From: an uncultured Myxococcales bacterium
Lineage (GTDB): Bacteria; Myxococcota_A; Bradymonadia; UBA4248
Length of the DNA stretch: 64,000 nt
Direction of reading: 5' to 3'
NCBI GenBank assembly: GCA_964454015.1
Contig: CAYVQF010000003.1
Location: forward strand, 127,057-191,056
The notes beneath the pieces were generated by a model. The model saw only the letters and a program-made list of their open reading frames with translations. It had not been told where the DNA came from and did no database searches. Below are positions 1 through 8,863 of the stretch, one piece after another. Each line of letters starts with the position of its first letter. Within the stretch, counting starts at the first letter, position 1. The position numbers were made by a program, and so were the translations under genes.

Positions 1-68
1 GCAGAGGGGCGCTCGCCCCGTTTCGAGTCTCACGTGCGAGACGGCAAGGCACGCTCAGGAGGTGACGA

Positions 69-689
69 TCAGCGATCGATGTCGTTGTCAGGAAACTTGG
101 AGCGGTTCCAAGTTTGAGAGTCTCCGCTGGTCGTTGTGTTGTGTGTGTCGGAGATGAGCCACGGCGAGGCTTTCTCTGCTTCGGTTTCAACGACAGGTCG
201 CGATTTCCGCTTTTCATTTTCTTCGGCCTCACCCGTTCCAGTGAACAAGAGGGAGAGGGCCAAGCTGGTTGCGACGACGAGGAAGACAACGAGATAAGCA
301 AAGCGGAAGGTGCGTTGGGCCGATTCTATGGGGCTGTTGTTGTTGTTCGTGCGTTCCGGTTCTGGGGTGCCCAAGACCAGTGGCGAGATGTTTTCACTTC
401 GCACCGAGACAACGCTTTCAACGTTCTTGAGCTCGGTGACCTCTTGCCGGCGTTGTTGCTGCCGCAACGCGTTGTAGGCGAGCATGATGTCTTCGACTGA
501 GAGTTGGAGTTCGCGTGCGTAGTTACGCACGAAACCCTTGGCAAAGACTTCTGCGGGGAAGAGGTCGAAGCGATCACTTTCGATGTTGCGGAGGGCACAA
601 ACCGGAATGCGCGTCACTGAGCCGATCTCTTTGAGAGAGATGCCTCGTGCCTCACGCTCTCTTTTCAATAATGCTCCGGGCGTCTCCAT
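69..689 (-). CDS. rodZ: RodZ-like cytoskeleton protein (XRE-type HTH followed by a single TM)
   Basis: The N-terminus has the RodZ-type HTH (GALLKREREARGISLKEIGSVTRIPVCALRNIESDRFDLFP...FAKGFVRNYAREL). It is followed by a hydrophobic TM (FAYLVVFLVVATSLALSLLF) and a C-terminal tail. The start is trimmed to the internal Met (METPG), which gives the short pre-HTH leader typical of RodZ. The ORF is open up to 842. Confidence 0.65.
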   Translation of the reverse strand: METPGALLKREREARGISLKEIGSVTRIPVCALRNIESDRFDLFPAEVFAKGFVRNYARELQLSVEDIMLAYNALRQQQRRQEVTELKNVESVVSVRSENISPLVLGTPEPERTNNNNSPIESAQRTFRFAYLVVFLVVATSLALSLLFTGTGEAEENEKRKSRPVVETEAEKASPWLISDTHNTTTSGDSQTWNRSKFPDNDIDR

Positions 690-1659
690 AGATTCTCCAC
701 GAGAAACAATTGAAGCCTTTCGGCTTGGGGGCGCAGCAGCGTCAGCGTACTTCGCCACAGGGAGGTGCTTTACACGGATGCCTTTGCCACTGTCAAGGGT
801 AAACCGGCTGCGGTGCGACATGTAGTTGTTGATCGATGTCACACAAGGCGTCCCTGCCTACGCGGACATTGTGACACCGATGTCATAGTCTGCGCAATGG
901 TACGGTCAAAAATGGTGCACAAATTTTCCAGGTTGGGTGATTTGGGGGGTGTAAGGAAGGGTGAATGGGTGCGTTGACAAGGGGATGGCCGAGAGGGGCA
1001 GCGCGCTTCATGGGAGGAGGTCGTCTTCGTGTGGTGGCAGTGGGTGCTAGTAAGGTTGATGGGCTGCTTGGTGCTAATGGGCTGTGCGAGCACCTCTCCA
1101 CGGGCGCCATGCGGGTCGTTTGCGGTGAGGTCATGCGTGGTCGATGACGCCGATCTTCCTCTCAGTGGCGCTGAGATCGAGGGTGGTGTGGATGTTCTTC
1201 AGGGGCATCGGCGTTACTGGCGCGGATTAGAGCATGTGGCATATGAGGCGATGTCTTTGGAGGCGCGGTTGTTCAGGGGGGATGTCGAGGTGAGGCGTAC
1301 TTTTGTGGAGCAGCGGCACAGGCGCCGTGCTTGGTCGGCGCGGCGTTCGATATTGTTGTCGTTGGCGCCCTTGGGGGGGAGTGTGCACACGGTCTTTTTC
1401 GTGGCGTTGGGTGAGCGCTGTGGTTGCGGGACGATTTGTTCATTGGCCCAGTCGATTTGCCGGTCATCGGCTTTGATTTGTGAGGTCTGGTCGTTTTACC
1501 CAGGTGACTCAGATTTGCGTGGAGATTGCGTATGGGCCCAAGTGGAGTGTGAGGGTGCCTTGGCGTTGTGTAGGCGTTGTGGTGGGGCGGCAGGGGGTGA
1601 ATAGATGACACGCTTGGGAGTGGAGACAGAGGTGGTGATTTCTGTTAGAGCCAGAGGAG

Positions 1660-2304
1660 ATGTGCGAGGGACCTGTCAGGGACGCGGTGCTGAGGCTTGC
1701 GGATTCGATGGCGGACGAGGTGACCCTTCAAGAAGAAGAAGCGCTCTTGCGTCGAATGCACGCTGGCGAGAGGCAGTCTTTTCGGGACTTCTACGATATT
1801 TTTGCGTCTCGTTTGTACCGCGGTGTGATTTTTCCGCGGGTGGGTGTGGCCGATCTGGCGGAAGACGTATTGCGCGACACGTTCTTGACGGCTTTCGAGA
1901 AGATCGACTCGTTGCGTTGGCAGGGGCGGAGTCTTTTTCATTGGTTGAGCCGCATTGCGGTGAACAAGATCATCGACTTTCACCGGAGGAACAAGCGCAC
2001 GGAGCGTTTCGTTCAGGGCTATGGCGTGCATGTCGAGTTATGCTCGCGACCGGGGGGTCCGGAGGAAGAGGTGCTGGCAGCGGAACGGACGGTACAGGTT
2101 GGCGAGACGGTGCAGTCTTTGATGGCGGGGCTGAATCCGCGATATAGGCGGGCAGTCGAGCTGCGTTTTCTGCAGGGGATGTCGCGTGAGGCATGCGCGG
2201 ATGCGATGGCGATCAGTGTAGGGAATTTCGACGTTGTGCTGTTTAGGGCCGTACAGAGGCTAAGAGATTTGTTGGCGGCCCGAGGTGGCTTGGATGGTTC
2301 GTGA
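1660..2304 (+). CDS. ECF-type RNA polymerase sigma factor (sigma-70 regions 2 and 4)
   Basis: Region-2-like DLAEDVLRDTFLTAFEKIDSL and region-4 HTH RRAVELRFLQGMSREACADAMAISVGNFDVVLFRAVQRLRDLL. Size (about 200 aa) fits an ECF sigma. The start could instead be at 1708 (MADEVTL). Confidence 0.85.
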   Translation: MCEGPVRDAVLRLADSMADEVTLQEEEALLRRMHAGERQSFRDFYDIFASRLYRGVIFPRVGVADLAEDVLRDTFLTAFEKIDSLRWQGRSLFHWLSRIAVNKIIDFHRRNKRTERFVQGYGVHVELCSRPGGPEEEVLAAERTVQVGETVQSLMAGLNPRYRRAVELRFLQGMSREACADAMAISVGNFDVVLFRAVQRLRDLLAARGGLDGS

Positions 2305-2310
2305 GCGCCG

Positions 2311-3000
2311 ATGCCTGAGATGCGGGCGGTGAGTGGAGCGATGGCAAAGGGAAAACACAGAGAGCATGAGGCCGCGCCAGATGTCGGGAGGGGAGACCTT
2401 TCCGACGGCAGGTGTGCCTCCTCTTTTGCGACCGTCGAAGAAGCGACACCGAGTGAGCAAGAGCAGGCTGGGGCCCTTCGTTTTGCTGAGGTTCTGGCTG
2501 CCATCGAGGGAGGCCGAGGCGCTCTGGATGAATTGGCTGTTGCGGGCGATGACGATGAGATGGCGCACCTTGTTGCTGCGGCGCAGTTGGTGCGGGCAGA
2601 AGGGGTGTCAGCCAGGCGTTCGCCAGGGCAGCATGAGGCGACATGGGCCCGATTGCGAGGCATGGTTCCCGGGAAGCAGAGCCGGCGGCGTGTCGGCGAC
2701 GGGTGGTGGCCTTTGCTCAAGTGGGTGGCCCTACCTGCAGCGGCTGCTGCTGTCATCATGCTCTTTTGGTTTGGCGGTGATGAAGGGCGAAGGCTTCCGG
2801 TCTTGGAGCCCGAGTGGTCTGCGAGCGCCGTGGCGCGGGTCGATGCGTCGGCAGGACGTTATGCGCAGGCTCTACTGACGATGGCGGTGGCACCAGTGGG
2901 AGACACGCCTCTGCGCTCGCTGCGGGAAGCGCAGTTTTCTGCTTGGCGGGTGGACACGACGTTGAGCCAACGTCGTGGCGGGGGAGGTGTGGTCCGATGA
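2311..3000 (+). CDS. putative anti-sigma factor (single-pass membrane protein)
   Basis: It lies immediately 3' of the ECF sigma gene with a 6-nt gap. It has one TM (WWPLLKWVALPAAAAAVIMLFWF) separating an N-terminal cytoplasmic part from a C-terminal part. No ZAS motif is present. Its stop overlaps the next start (ATGA). Confidence 0.5.
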   Translation: MPEMRAVSGAMAKGKHREHEAAPDVGRGDLSDGRCASSFATVEEATPSEQEQAGALRFAEVLAAIEGGRGALDELAVAGDDDEMAHLVAAAQLVRAEGVSARRSPGQHEATWARLRGMVPGKQSRRRVGDGWWPLLKWVALPAAAAAVIMLFWFGGDEGRRLPVLEPEWSASAVARVDASAGRYAQALLTMAVAPVGDTPLRSLREAQFSAWRVDTTLSQRRGGGGVVR

Positions 3001-3500
3001 GGGCGGGACGAAGGCTCATGGCGGTGTGGCTGCTGGCAGGCTTGTTTTGGGCTTGTCAGCAGGATGAGTTGTCGAAGCCACCGGACGAGCGGCACATTGC
3101 AGCGACGGTGGCCATGGCCCAGAGCTATCATGCCCAAGTTGACATCGCCCTAGAGCAAGGCGAGCGTCGTGAGGCGAAGGCGGCGCTCGAGGCGCTGGTC
3201 GAAGCATTGACTGCAGCGGATATGCAGCATCCGGTGGTAGGTGACCTCGCGCTCGATGCTCATGGACGCTTGGCGCGCCTTTGGGAGGAAGAGGGTGAAG
3301 TGGATCTGGCGCTTGCGGTGATAGAGCGGGGTCTTTCCAGCGCAGGTCCTAGAGGGGAGCAGAGCGTGTTTGCTGGGTATTTGTTACAAATGCGAGGTGA
3401 TCTGCTGCGAAGCCAAGGAGATGATCTTGGAGCTGTCGAGGCGCATCGCCAGGCCATTTTGATTTTCAAGTCGATTCTCGAGCGGCAGCGCGAGGAATGA
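2997..3500 (+). CDS. secreted/lipoprotein with a TPR-like helical repeat
   Basis: Signal peptide MRAGRRLMAVWLLAGLFWAC. TPR-like C-terminus (LLQMRGDLLRSQGDDLGAVEAHRQAILIFKSI). ATGA overlaps with both neighbours suggest translational coupling. Confidence 0.5.
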   Translation: MRAGRRLMAVWLLAGLFWACQQDELSKPPDERHIAATVAMAQSYHAQVDIALEQGERREAKAALEALVEALTAADMQHPVVGDLALDAHGRLARLWEEEGEVDLALAVIERGLSSAGPRGEQSVFAGYLLQMRGDLLRSQGDDLGAVEAHRQAILIFKSILERQREE

Positions 3501-4156
3501 AAGTAGTCATGAGAAGCAGAGGCCTTGCGCCACTGATTGGTTGGGTGATGTTGGCCCTAGGGGTTGGCCAGGGCTGCGCGGCCCAGGGCCGGTCTCAGCG
3601 CTCCCTTGGGGATCTTCCCTCGGGAGACAGGTGTCCGGCGCAGATGGAGGCTCCTTTAGAGCGTGACGCGGTCACCACGCCGACGCGGCTTGTGCCGGCC
3701 ATGCCACAAGAGGCTTCGCAGCTCGTCGCGCAAGAAGTGGCACGCATCGAAGGTCTCCGCTCTGATCTGGTTGGCTACAGCGATGCTGTTCCAGCATCCC
3801 CTTCTGCGAGTGTCCCCGCCGAGCAGGAGTTGAAGGTCATGGAGTACGACAGCGCTGAAAAGGCGATGCCGCAACAGACGGGGGCTGGTGCGTCCAAGGC
3901 TGCGCGTAGGTCGTTGGCGGATGAGCTGCGGTCGCGTCGAGAAGAGGCTCGGGACGCAGAGCGGTTGAGCGTTTCTATCCAACGTTGTGGTCAGGCGTGT
4001 GACTTAGCCATGGAGATCTGTCGCTCGGCAGAAGTCATCTGTTCGGTCTCACAGGCACACGCAAGTGATCCACGTTTTGTCGACTCCTGCACCTGGGCCG
4101 CTGAACAGTGCGAGAGCAGCCAGGAGACCTGCGAGATGTGTCTCGAAGGCGAATGA
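3497..4156 (+). CDS. secreted Cys-rich protein (hypothetical)
   Basis: Signal peptide (LAPLIGWVMLALGVGQGCAAQ). The C-terminal 60 aa carry 9 Cys (QRCGQACDLAMEICRSAEVICS...CTWAAEQCESSQETCEMC). It is the last gene of the ECF sigma operon. Confidence 0.5.
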   Translation: MKVVMRSRGLAPLIGWVMLALGVGQGCAAQGRSQRSLGDLPSGDRCPAQMEAPLERDAVTTPTRLVPAMPQEASQLVAQEVARIEGLRSDLVGYSDAVPASPSASVPAEQELKVMEYDSAEKAMPQQTGAGASKAARRSLADELRSRREEARDAERLSVSIQRCGQACDLAMEICRSAEVICSVSQAHASDPRFVDSCTWAAEQCESSQETCEMCLEGE

Positions 4157-4440
4157 TGTTGGCGTCCACGGTGCCTGCGAGCGTGAGAGGGTGGAAGGGG
4201 GTAAAGCGTAAGAACGAAGGGTAGGATAAAAGGTGGGAATGTGGGGGAGGGAAGGTTGGGTAGGCAAAGCCTCTCACGTTCGCAGGCGCCCTGGCGGGGG
4301 CTGTGACAGGGTTCCTTAGGCATCCAGCGCAGAGAGTTCTACGCTGGCTGTAAAGTTACACAGTTGTTAACGTGCGATGACTGCGCTTTGTTCCCAAACA
4401 AAATGCGCATTGCACGCATGGGTTGGGACAGGTCAGTGTA

Positions 4441-5205
4441 CTAGAGGCTTTCCGGGAGGGCGGTGAGCACTTCGGCGCCAGTGGCGGTGACCAAGATGGT
4501 GTGTTCGAACTGGGCTGAGAGCGATCCGTCTGCGGTGACGGCGGTCCAGCCATCATCGAGGATACGAATTCGCCATTGTCCCTGATTGATCATGGGCTCG
4601 ATGGTGAAGGTCATGCCTTCTTTGAGCCTGAGTCCACGGTTGGCTTCCCCGAAGTGCTTGACTTGAGGGGCCTCGTGGAAATTCTTGCCGATGCCGTGTC
4701 CGACAAAATCCCGGACCACAGAGAATCCTTGTGCTTCGGCGTGTTGTTGAATGGCGGCCCCGATGTTGCCGATTCTGGCGCCGGGCCGCACTTCTGCGAT
4801 GCCGAGTTCTAGACACTCTCGCGTCGTCTCGACGAGTCGGCGCGCTTCAGCGTCAGGTGTACCGATGAAGAAGGTGGCCGAGACATCTCCGTGCCAGCCG
4901 TCGAGAATGGAGGTGACGTCGATGTTAATGATATCGCCATCTCGGAGGGTACGGTTGCTGGGGATGCCGTGGCAGACGACTTCGTTGATGGAGGTACAGA
5001 CGCTGGCAGGAAAGCCGTGATAGTTCAAGGTCGCAGGGATGGCGCCGTTGTCGAGGGTGTAGGTGTGGATGAAGGTGTCGATTTCTTTGGTGGTGACACC
5101 GACGGCGAGTCGTTTGCCGGCCTCGACAAGGGTACGTGCGGCGAGTTGACAGGCACGTCGCATGGAGATGAGGTCCGTTTCGCTTTTGATGATGATGCCT
5201 GTCAT
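4441..5205 (-). CDS. map: methionine aminopeptidase, type I
   Basis: Full-length match to the MetAP-I fold with the expected metal-ligand context (VCHGIP, DGWHGD, VGHGIG, FTIEPM, FEHT). The start is trimmed to MTGIIIKSETDL. The upstream in-frame extension is P/T-rich with no similarity to anything I recognise. Confidence 0.9.
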   Translation of the reverse strand: MTGIIIKSETDLISMRRACQLAARTLVEAGKRLAVGVTTKEIDTFIHTYTLDNGAIPATLNYHGFPASVCTSINEVVCHGIPSNRTLRDGDIINIDVTSILDGWHGDVSATFFIGTPDAEARRLVETTRECLELGIAEVRPGARIGNIGAAIQQHAEAQGFSVVRDFVGHGIGKNFHEAPQVKHFGEANRGLRLKEGMTFTIEPMINQGQWRIRILDDGWTAVTADGSLSAQFEHTILVTATGAEVLTALPESL

Positions 5206-5458
5206 GCGGAAAATCCCGTTGGAGGACAAGGGCGTTACGTGGGGAACATGCGCCTCAGGGGGAGTGTAGTGTGGGTGCGGCGTGGATTCAACCTTTGCGT
5301 CCCCATGTGCTGGCGTTGTCGGTGGCAGTGGGACCGGGCACGGGCGGCGGGTCATGGCGCTGCCGGTTGATGAAAGCGCCGTTGGCGTTGGAAAAGTGCG
5401 TGAGTGGGGCGGGCAATGTGCTAAGTTTGGGCAGGAAGCTGGCGGCGGAGGTCATGTG

Positions 5459-6622
5459 ATGTTTGGAAATTTTTTGCGTTTGCTTTTCTTGGCACTGTTT
5501 GTGTTGAGTTGTGCCCAGTCTGAGGTGCGCGTCGAAGACCGGCGGCGGTCTGAGCTGCAGCGACTGCGGAGTGGGTTGCCAGCGTTGGGCGTGGAGACGC
5601 CGCGGGGGAGAGCCGGCGATGGCGAGGTGTTCCGTGGCTCAATCGAGGTACGGACTCCTGATTTTTCGGCCGATGTGGTGATGCTGAGTCCAGTTCCGCC
5701 GCAGGAGTCCCCGAGTGAGTTGGTTCTGGGCGAGTTTCCGTTAGCGCGGCAGAAGAAGGCGATTCTGGATGGGGATACGATCCGCGTCGAGGGTTTGGAA
5801 GGCTCTCTACGGCTGTTGGCCATCGATACTGAGGAGACCTTCAAGAGCGATGCGCAGCGGCGGGAAGCGGCGGTAGACTTTGGGGCCTATGCGCGGGCCA
5901 AGAGAGAGCAGCGCGCCTTTCCCGTCAAGTATGGCACGCCTATGGGGGAGGAAGCGCTGCGGTGGGCAGAGTCTTTCTTTGGGAGCCACAGTGTCGTGCG
6001 ACTGGAGTACGATGATAGGCTGCGCGACTTGGATCTCTATGGTCGGCATTTGGTTTACGTGATGGTGGAGCGGGGAGGGCGGTGGGTGAACTACAACGTG
6101 GAGTGTGTGCGGGCGGGGATGTCACCCTACTTTACCAAGTATGGCTATTCGCGTCGTTTTCACGATGAGTTCGTGGCAGCCCAGGCGGAGGCCCAGGCGG
6201 CGGCTCGGGGTATCTGGGCCGCGGGCGCTGAGGCGTACCCCGATTACGAAGAGCGGTTGCGGTGGTGGAATCGACGCGGCAACGCATTGGTGGTATTTGA
6301 GACACGTCATGGTGGGCGTGAGGGGGTGGTGCATCTGGGGCATGAGCCCGATTATGCGCTATTGGCGGAATGGGTGGGAGAGGTGGTGACCGTGTTTGGT
6401 ACGTTGGGTGAGCGGCGTACGGAGGGGTTGCCCCATATTGCCCGTTTACCCCATGTTCGAGGCGAGTCGTTTTCTTTGGTTGCCTTTAGCGAAGCGGAGT
6501 GGGACGCGATGCAGCTTGACGCGTTTGCGGGCGATTATTTCTATGTCCGTGGAAAGCTGAGCGAATATGGTGGACGTTATCAGTTCAAAGTGACGGACAT
6601 TGAGGCGATTTGGGTCGAGTGA
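5459..6622 (+). CDS. thermonuclease (SNase-like) family lipoprotein with a C-terminal OB-fold-like domain
   Basis: Lipoprotein signal MFGNFLRLLFLALFVLSCAQ. SNase-like core (ILDGDTIRVEG...LRLLAIDTEE...GRHLVYVMVERGGRWVNYNVECVRAGMSPYFTKYGYS...ARGIWA). The C-terminal segment (YFYVRGKLSEYGGRYQFKVTDIEAIWV) resembles an OB-fold nucleic-acid-binding module. Confidence 0.75.
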   Translation: MFGNFLRLLFLALFVLSCAQSEVRVEDRRRSELQRLRSGLPALGVETPRGRAGDGEVFRGSIEVRTPDFSADVVMLSPVPPQESPSELVLGEFPLARQKKAILDGDTIRVEGLEGSLRLLAIDTEETFKSDAQRREAAVDFGAYARAKREQRAFPVKYGTPMGEEALRWAESFFGSHSVVRLEYDDRLRDLDLYGRHLVYVMVERGGRWVNYNVECVRAGMSPYFTKYGYSRRFHDEFVAAQAEAQAAARGIWAAGAEAYPDYEERLRWWNRRGNALVVFETRHGGREGVVHLGHEPDYALLAEWVGEVVTVFGTLGERRTEGLPHIARLPHVRGESFSLVAFSEAEWDAMQLDAFAGDYFYVRGKLSEYGGRYQFKVTDIEAIWVE

Positions 6623-6749
6623 GGCCGGTGTAGCATGGGCTCCCGAATTGACAGGGGAAAAGCCCAATCTATACTGCATGCTGACTACCCGTGTTGGGTG
6701 TCGGAGTGGTTTCTGCAAGGGCGTTGCAAACGACAGGGGTGCATAGGCG

Positions 6750-8831
6750 GTGTCACAGGGTTCAAAGCCAGGAGATCCCAAGGGCGGTCCACCAAAGCTG
6801 GGTGGTGGTTTGAGTGCGAGCGATCTGCGGGCGCGCCTCGGCTTGAAACCTTCGAGTCGTGGTGCGGGTGAGGATCTACGTGCTCGCCTGGGTTTGCTTC
6901 CGCCTGGAGGTGCATCCAAGAGCGCTCCTCCGGCGGCACCGCCGCCTTCGCCGATAAAGAAGGACCCCGACACGCGTTCGATCGAACAGTCTTTGCTCGA
7001 TACGCTTCTGCGCGAAGGTCCGGGGCGGGGGAAGGTTTCGGAATCCGCAGGGAGTGTGCCGCCAGATGTGCCCGCGTCGTCGTTGACGTCGCTGGAGGAT
7101 GTGGTTGACGATGATTTCGATGCCTTTGTGGGCCCTGGGGATGGTCAGGGCGGTGCATCGGAGATCGTCGACGAATTGTCTTCGAGTTGGTTGGTGGTTG
7201 AAGACGATTTGGCCCAGATGGCTGCCCAGGCAGAGAGTGCTGGTGCGCCACCGCCCTTGCGTCCACCGGGTCCAGCGAAAGGTGCCGCTCCGTTGATGTC
7301 AGCGGTCTCTGGCTACACCATGCCGAAGCCTGACGTGGGGGACTTGGTGCAGGCCCCACCGCATCTGCCGCAACCTGAGTCACCGCCGCCGGCACCTGTG
7401 CCAGCGGCGAGTGCGCCGATTCAGCAGCAGGAGGACTTGGCTTCACCGGCGATGAGTGGCAGCTCTCCCATCGTGGCCTCACCGGTGGTTGAAGAACGGA
7501 CGACGCTGCTTGACTCGCTGGAGGATGAGGAGTTCGACGCCTTTCCAGACAGTGAGAAGACGCAGGTGATGATGTCGGCGATGGACTACGATCCATTGTC
7601 GGGTCGCTTGATCGTCGAGAGTGGTAAGGCACCACAGAAAGAGTACGCCTTACCTCGCGACAGGACGACCATCGGACGTGGCACCAAGAACGAGGTGGTG
7701 ATTCCCGATATTGCCATGAGTCGCCAGCACTTTGCGATCGAGCGCCGTGCCGAGGGCTTCATGTTGCGGGATCTCGACAGCGGCAATGGGACCCAGCTCA
7801 ACGGTCGCCGGATAACATCTGCGCAGTTGCGCTCGGGGGACGTGATCGAGGCGGGTAATCTCAAGCTGCGCTTTGAGCAAAGCGGCGGCGATCCGGACGT
7901 CCTGTGGAAGGGTGCGCCGCGCGTCGAGTACCATCCGCGTGACAAGGGCATGCGTTCTGCGGCGAGTAGTACCAGCGGCGGCGGGGGCGCAGCGGCGCCG
8001 GTCTCGCCTCAGGCCGCTCCGGTGATGCAGCCGATGATTCAGCGACCAGGTGGCATTCCCGGTCAGGCCTGGGGGGGTGCTCAGAATCCTTACATGAATA
8101 TGGGTCCGTGGGCCAATCCGCAGATGGGTTATGTGCAAGGCTTTACCCAGCAGGGCCTGCAGCACATGATGCTACCTCCTCCGCGACGTTCTTCGCCGAT
8201 CATCACGGCGCTCATCGTCTTCTTTGGGGTGCTGCTTCTGGGCTTGGTGGTGCTCATCGTCGGCAGCTTGCTCGACAGTGGCTCAGGCTCGGCAGTGACA
8301 GGAAAGAAGGGCGAGGCGGCAGGAGAGGCTGAGGCTGCCAGGGAGCGGAAGCAAGCGGCGGCAGAGCTGGTGACCAGTGGAACGGCTCTCTACGAGCAGG
8401 GTCGGTTGGCGGAAGCCCGCAAGCTTTTCCAAGACGGGTTGACCTTGGATGGGCAGAATGTGACGGCCAAGCTCTTCTTGGAGGAGGTTTTGCCGCGCGA
8501 GCAGCTCGTTGAAGAGCAGCTCAAGCGGGCCTTGATGAACGTCAAAGAAAACCCAACGGTGGCCAACCACGATCGGGCGATGCAGGTTCTGGGGACGGTA
8601 CCAGCCGACAGTACATTCTATGGGGAAGTGCAGAGCCAGCACATTCCCCAGGTGAAGCGGAGCTTCCAGCGGGTGTTGATTCGGGAAGCGAAGCGCTCGA
8701 TTTACTCCAAAAACTATGAGAGGGCGCGGGCTGACTTGCGCAAGATCGAGGTTGAGCTGGGGATCGCGAATGATCCCGATGTCAAGGAGCTGTTGCTCCA
8801 GATCAGTGAGCTCGAGAAGGCTGGTAAGTGA
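6750..8831 (+). CDS. FHA-domain protein (Pro-rich N-terminus, FHA, TM, C-terminal TPR-like region)
   Basis: GTG start. FHA signature TTIGRGTKNEVVIPDIAMSRQHFAIERRAEGFMLRDLDSGNGTQLNGRRI. TM SPIITALIVFFGVLLLGLVVLIVG. The C-terminus is helical and TPR-like. Confidence 0.8.
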   Translation: MSQGSKPGDPKGGPPKLGGGLSASDLRARLGLKPSSRGAGEDLRARLGLLPPGGASKSAPPAAPPPSPIKKDPDTRSIEQSLLDTLLREGPGRGKVSESAGSVPPDVPASSLTSLEDVVDDDFDAFVGPGDGQGGASEIVDELSSSWLVVEDDLAQMAAQAESAGAPPPLRPPGPAKGAAPLMSAVSGYTMPKPDVGDLVQAPPHLPQPESPPPAPVPAASAPIQQQEDLASPAMSGSSPIVASPVVEERTTLLDSLEDEEFDAFPDSEKTQVMMSAMDYDPLSGRLIVESGKAPQKEYALPRDRTTIGRGTKNEVVIPDIAMSRQHFAIERRAEGFMLRDLDSGNGTQLNGRRITSAQLRSGDVIEAGNLKLRFEQSGGDPDVLWKGAPRVEYHPRDKGMRSAASSTSGGGGAAAPVSPQAAPVMQPMIQRPGGIPGQAWGGAQNPYMNMGPWANPQMGYVQGFTQQGLQHMMLPPPRRSSPIITALIVFFGVLLLGLVVLIVGSLLDSGSGSAVTGKKGEAAGEAEAARERKQAAAELVTSGTALYEQGRLAEARKLFQDGLTLDGQNVTAKLFLEEVLPREQLVEEQLKRALMNVKENPTVANHDRAMQVLGTVPADSTFYGEVQSQHIPQVKRSFQRVLIREAKRSIYSKNYERARADLRKIEVELGIANDPDVKELLLQISELEKAGK

Positions 8832-8863
8832 GGGCTGTTCTCAGAGCGCGGTGATGGAGCGGC

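Noticed and set aside
6685-7635. 316-aa minus-strand ORF overlapping the FHA gene
   Set aside because: P/S/R/H-rich low-complexity translation typical of an antisense frame in GC-rich coding DNA. The plus-strand frame has a clear FHA domain.
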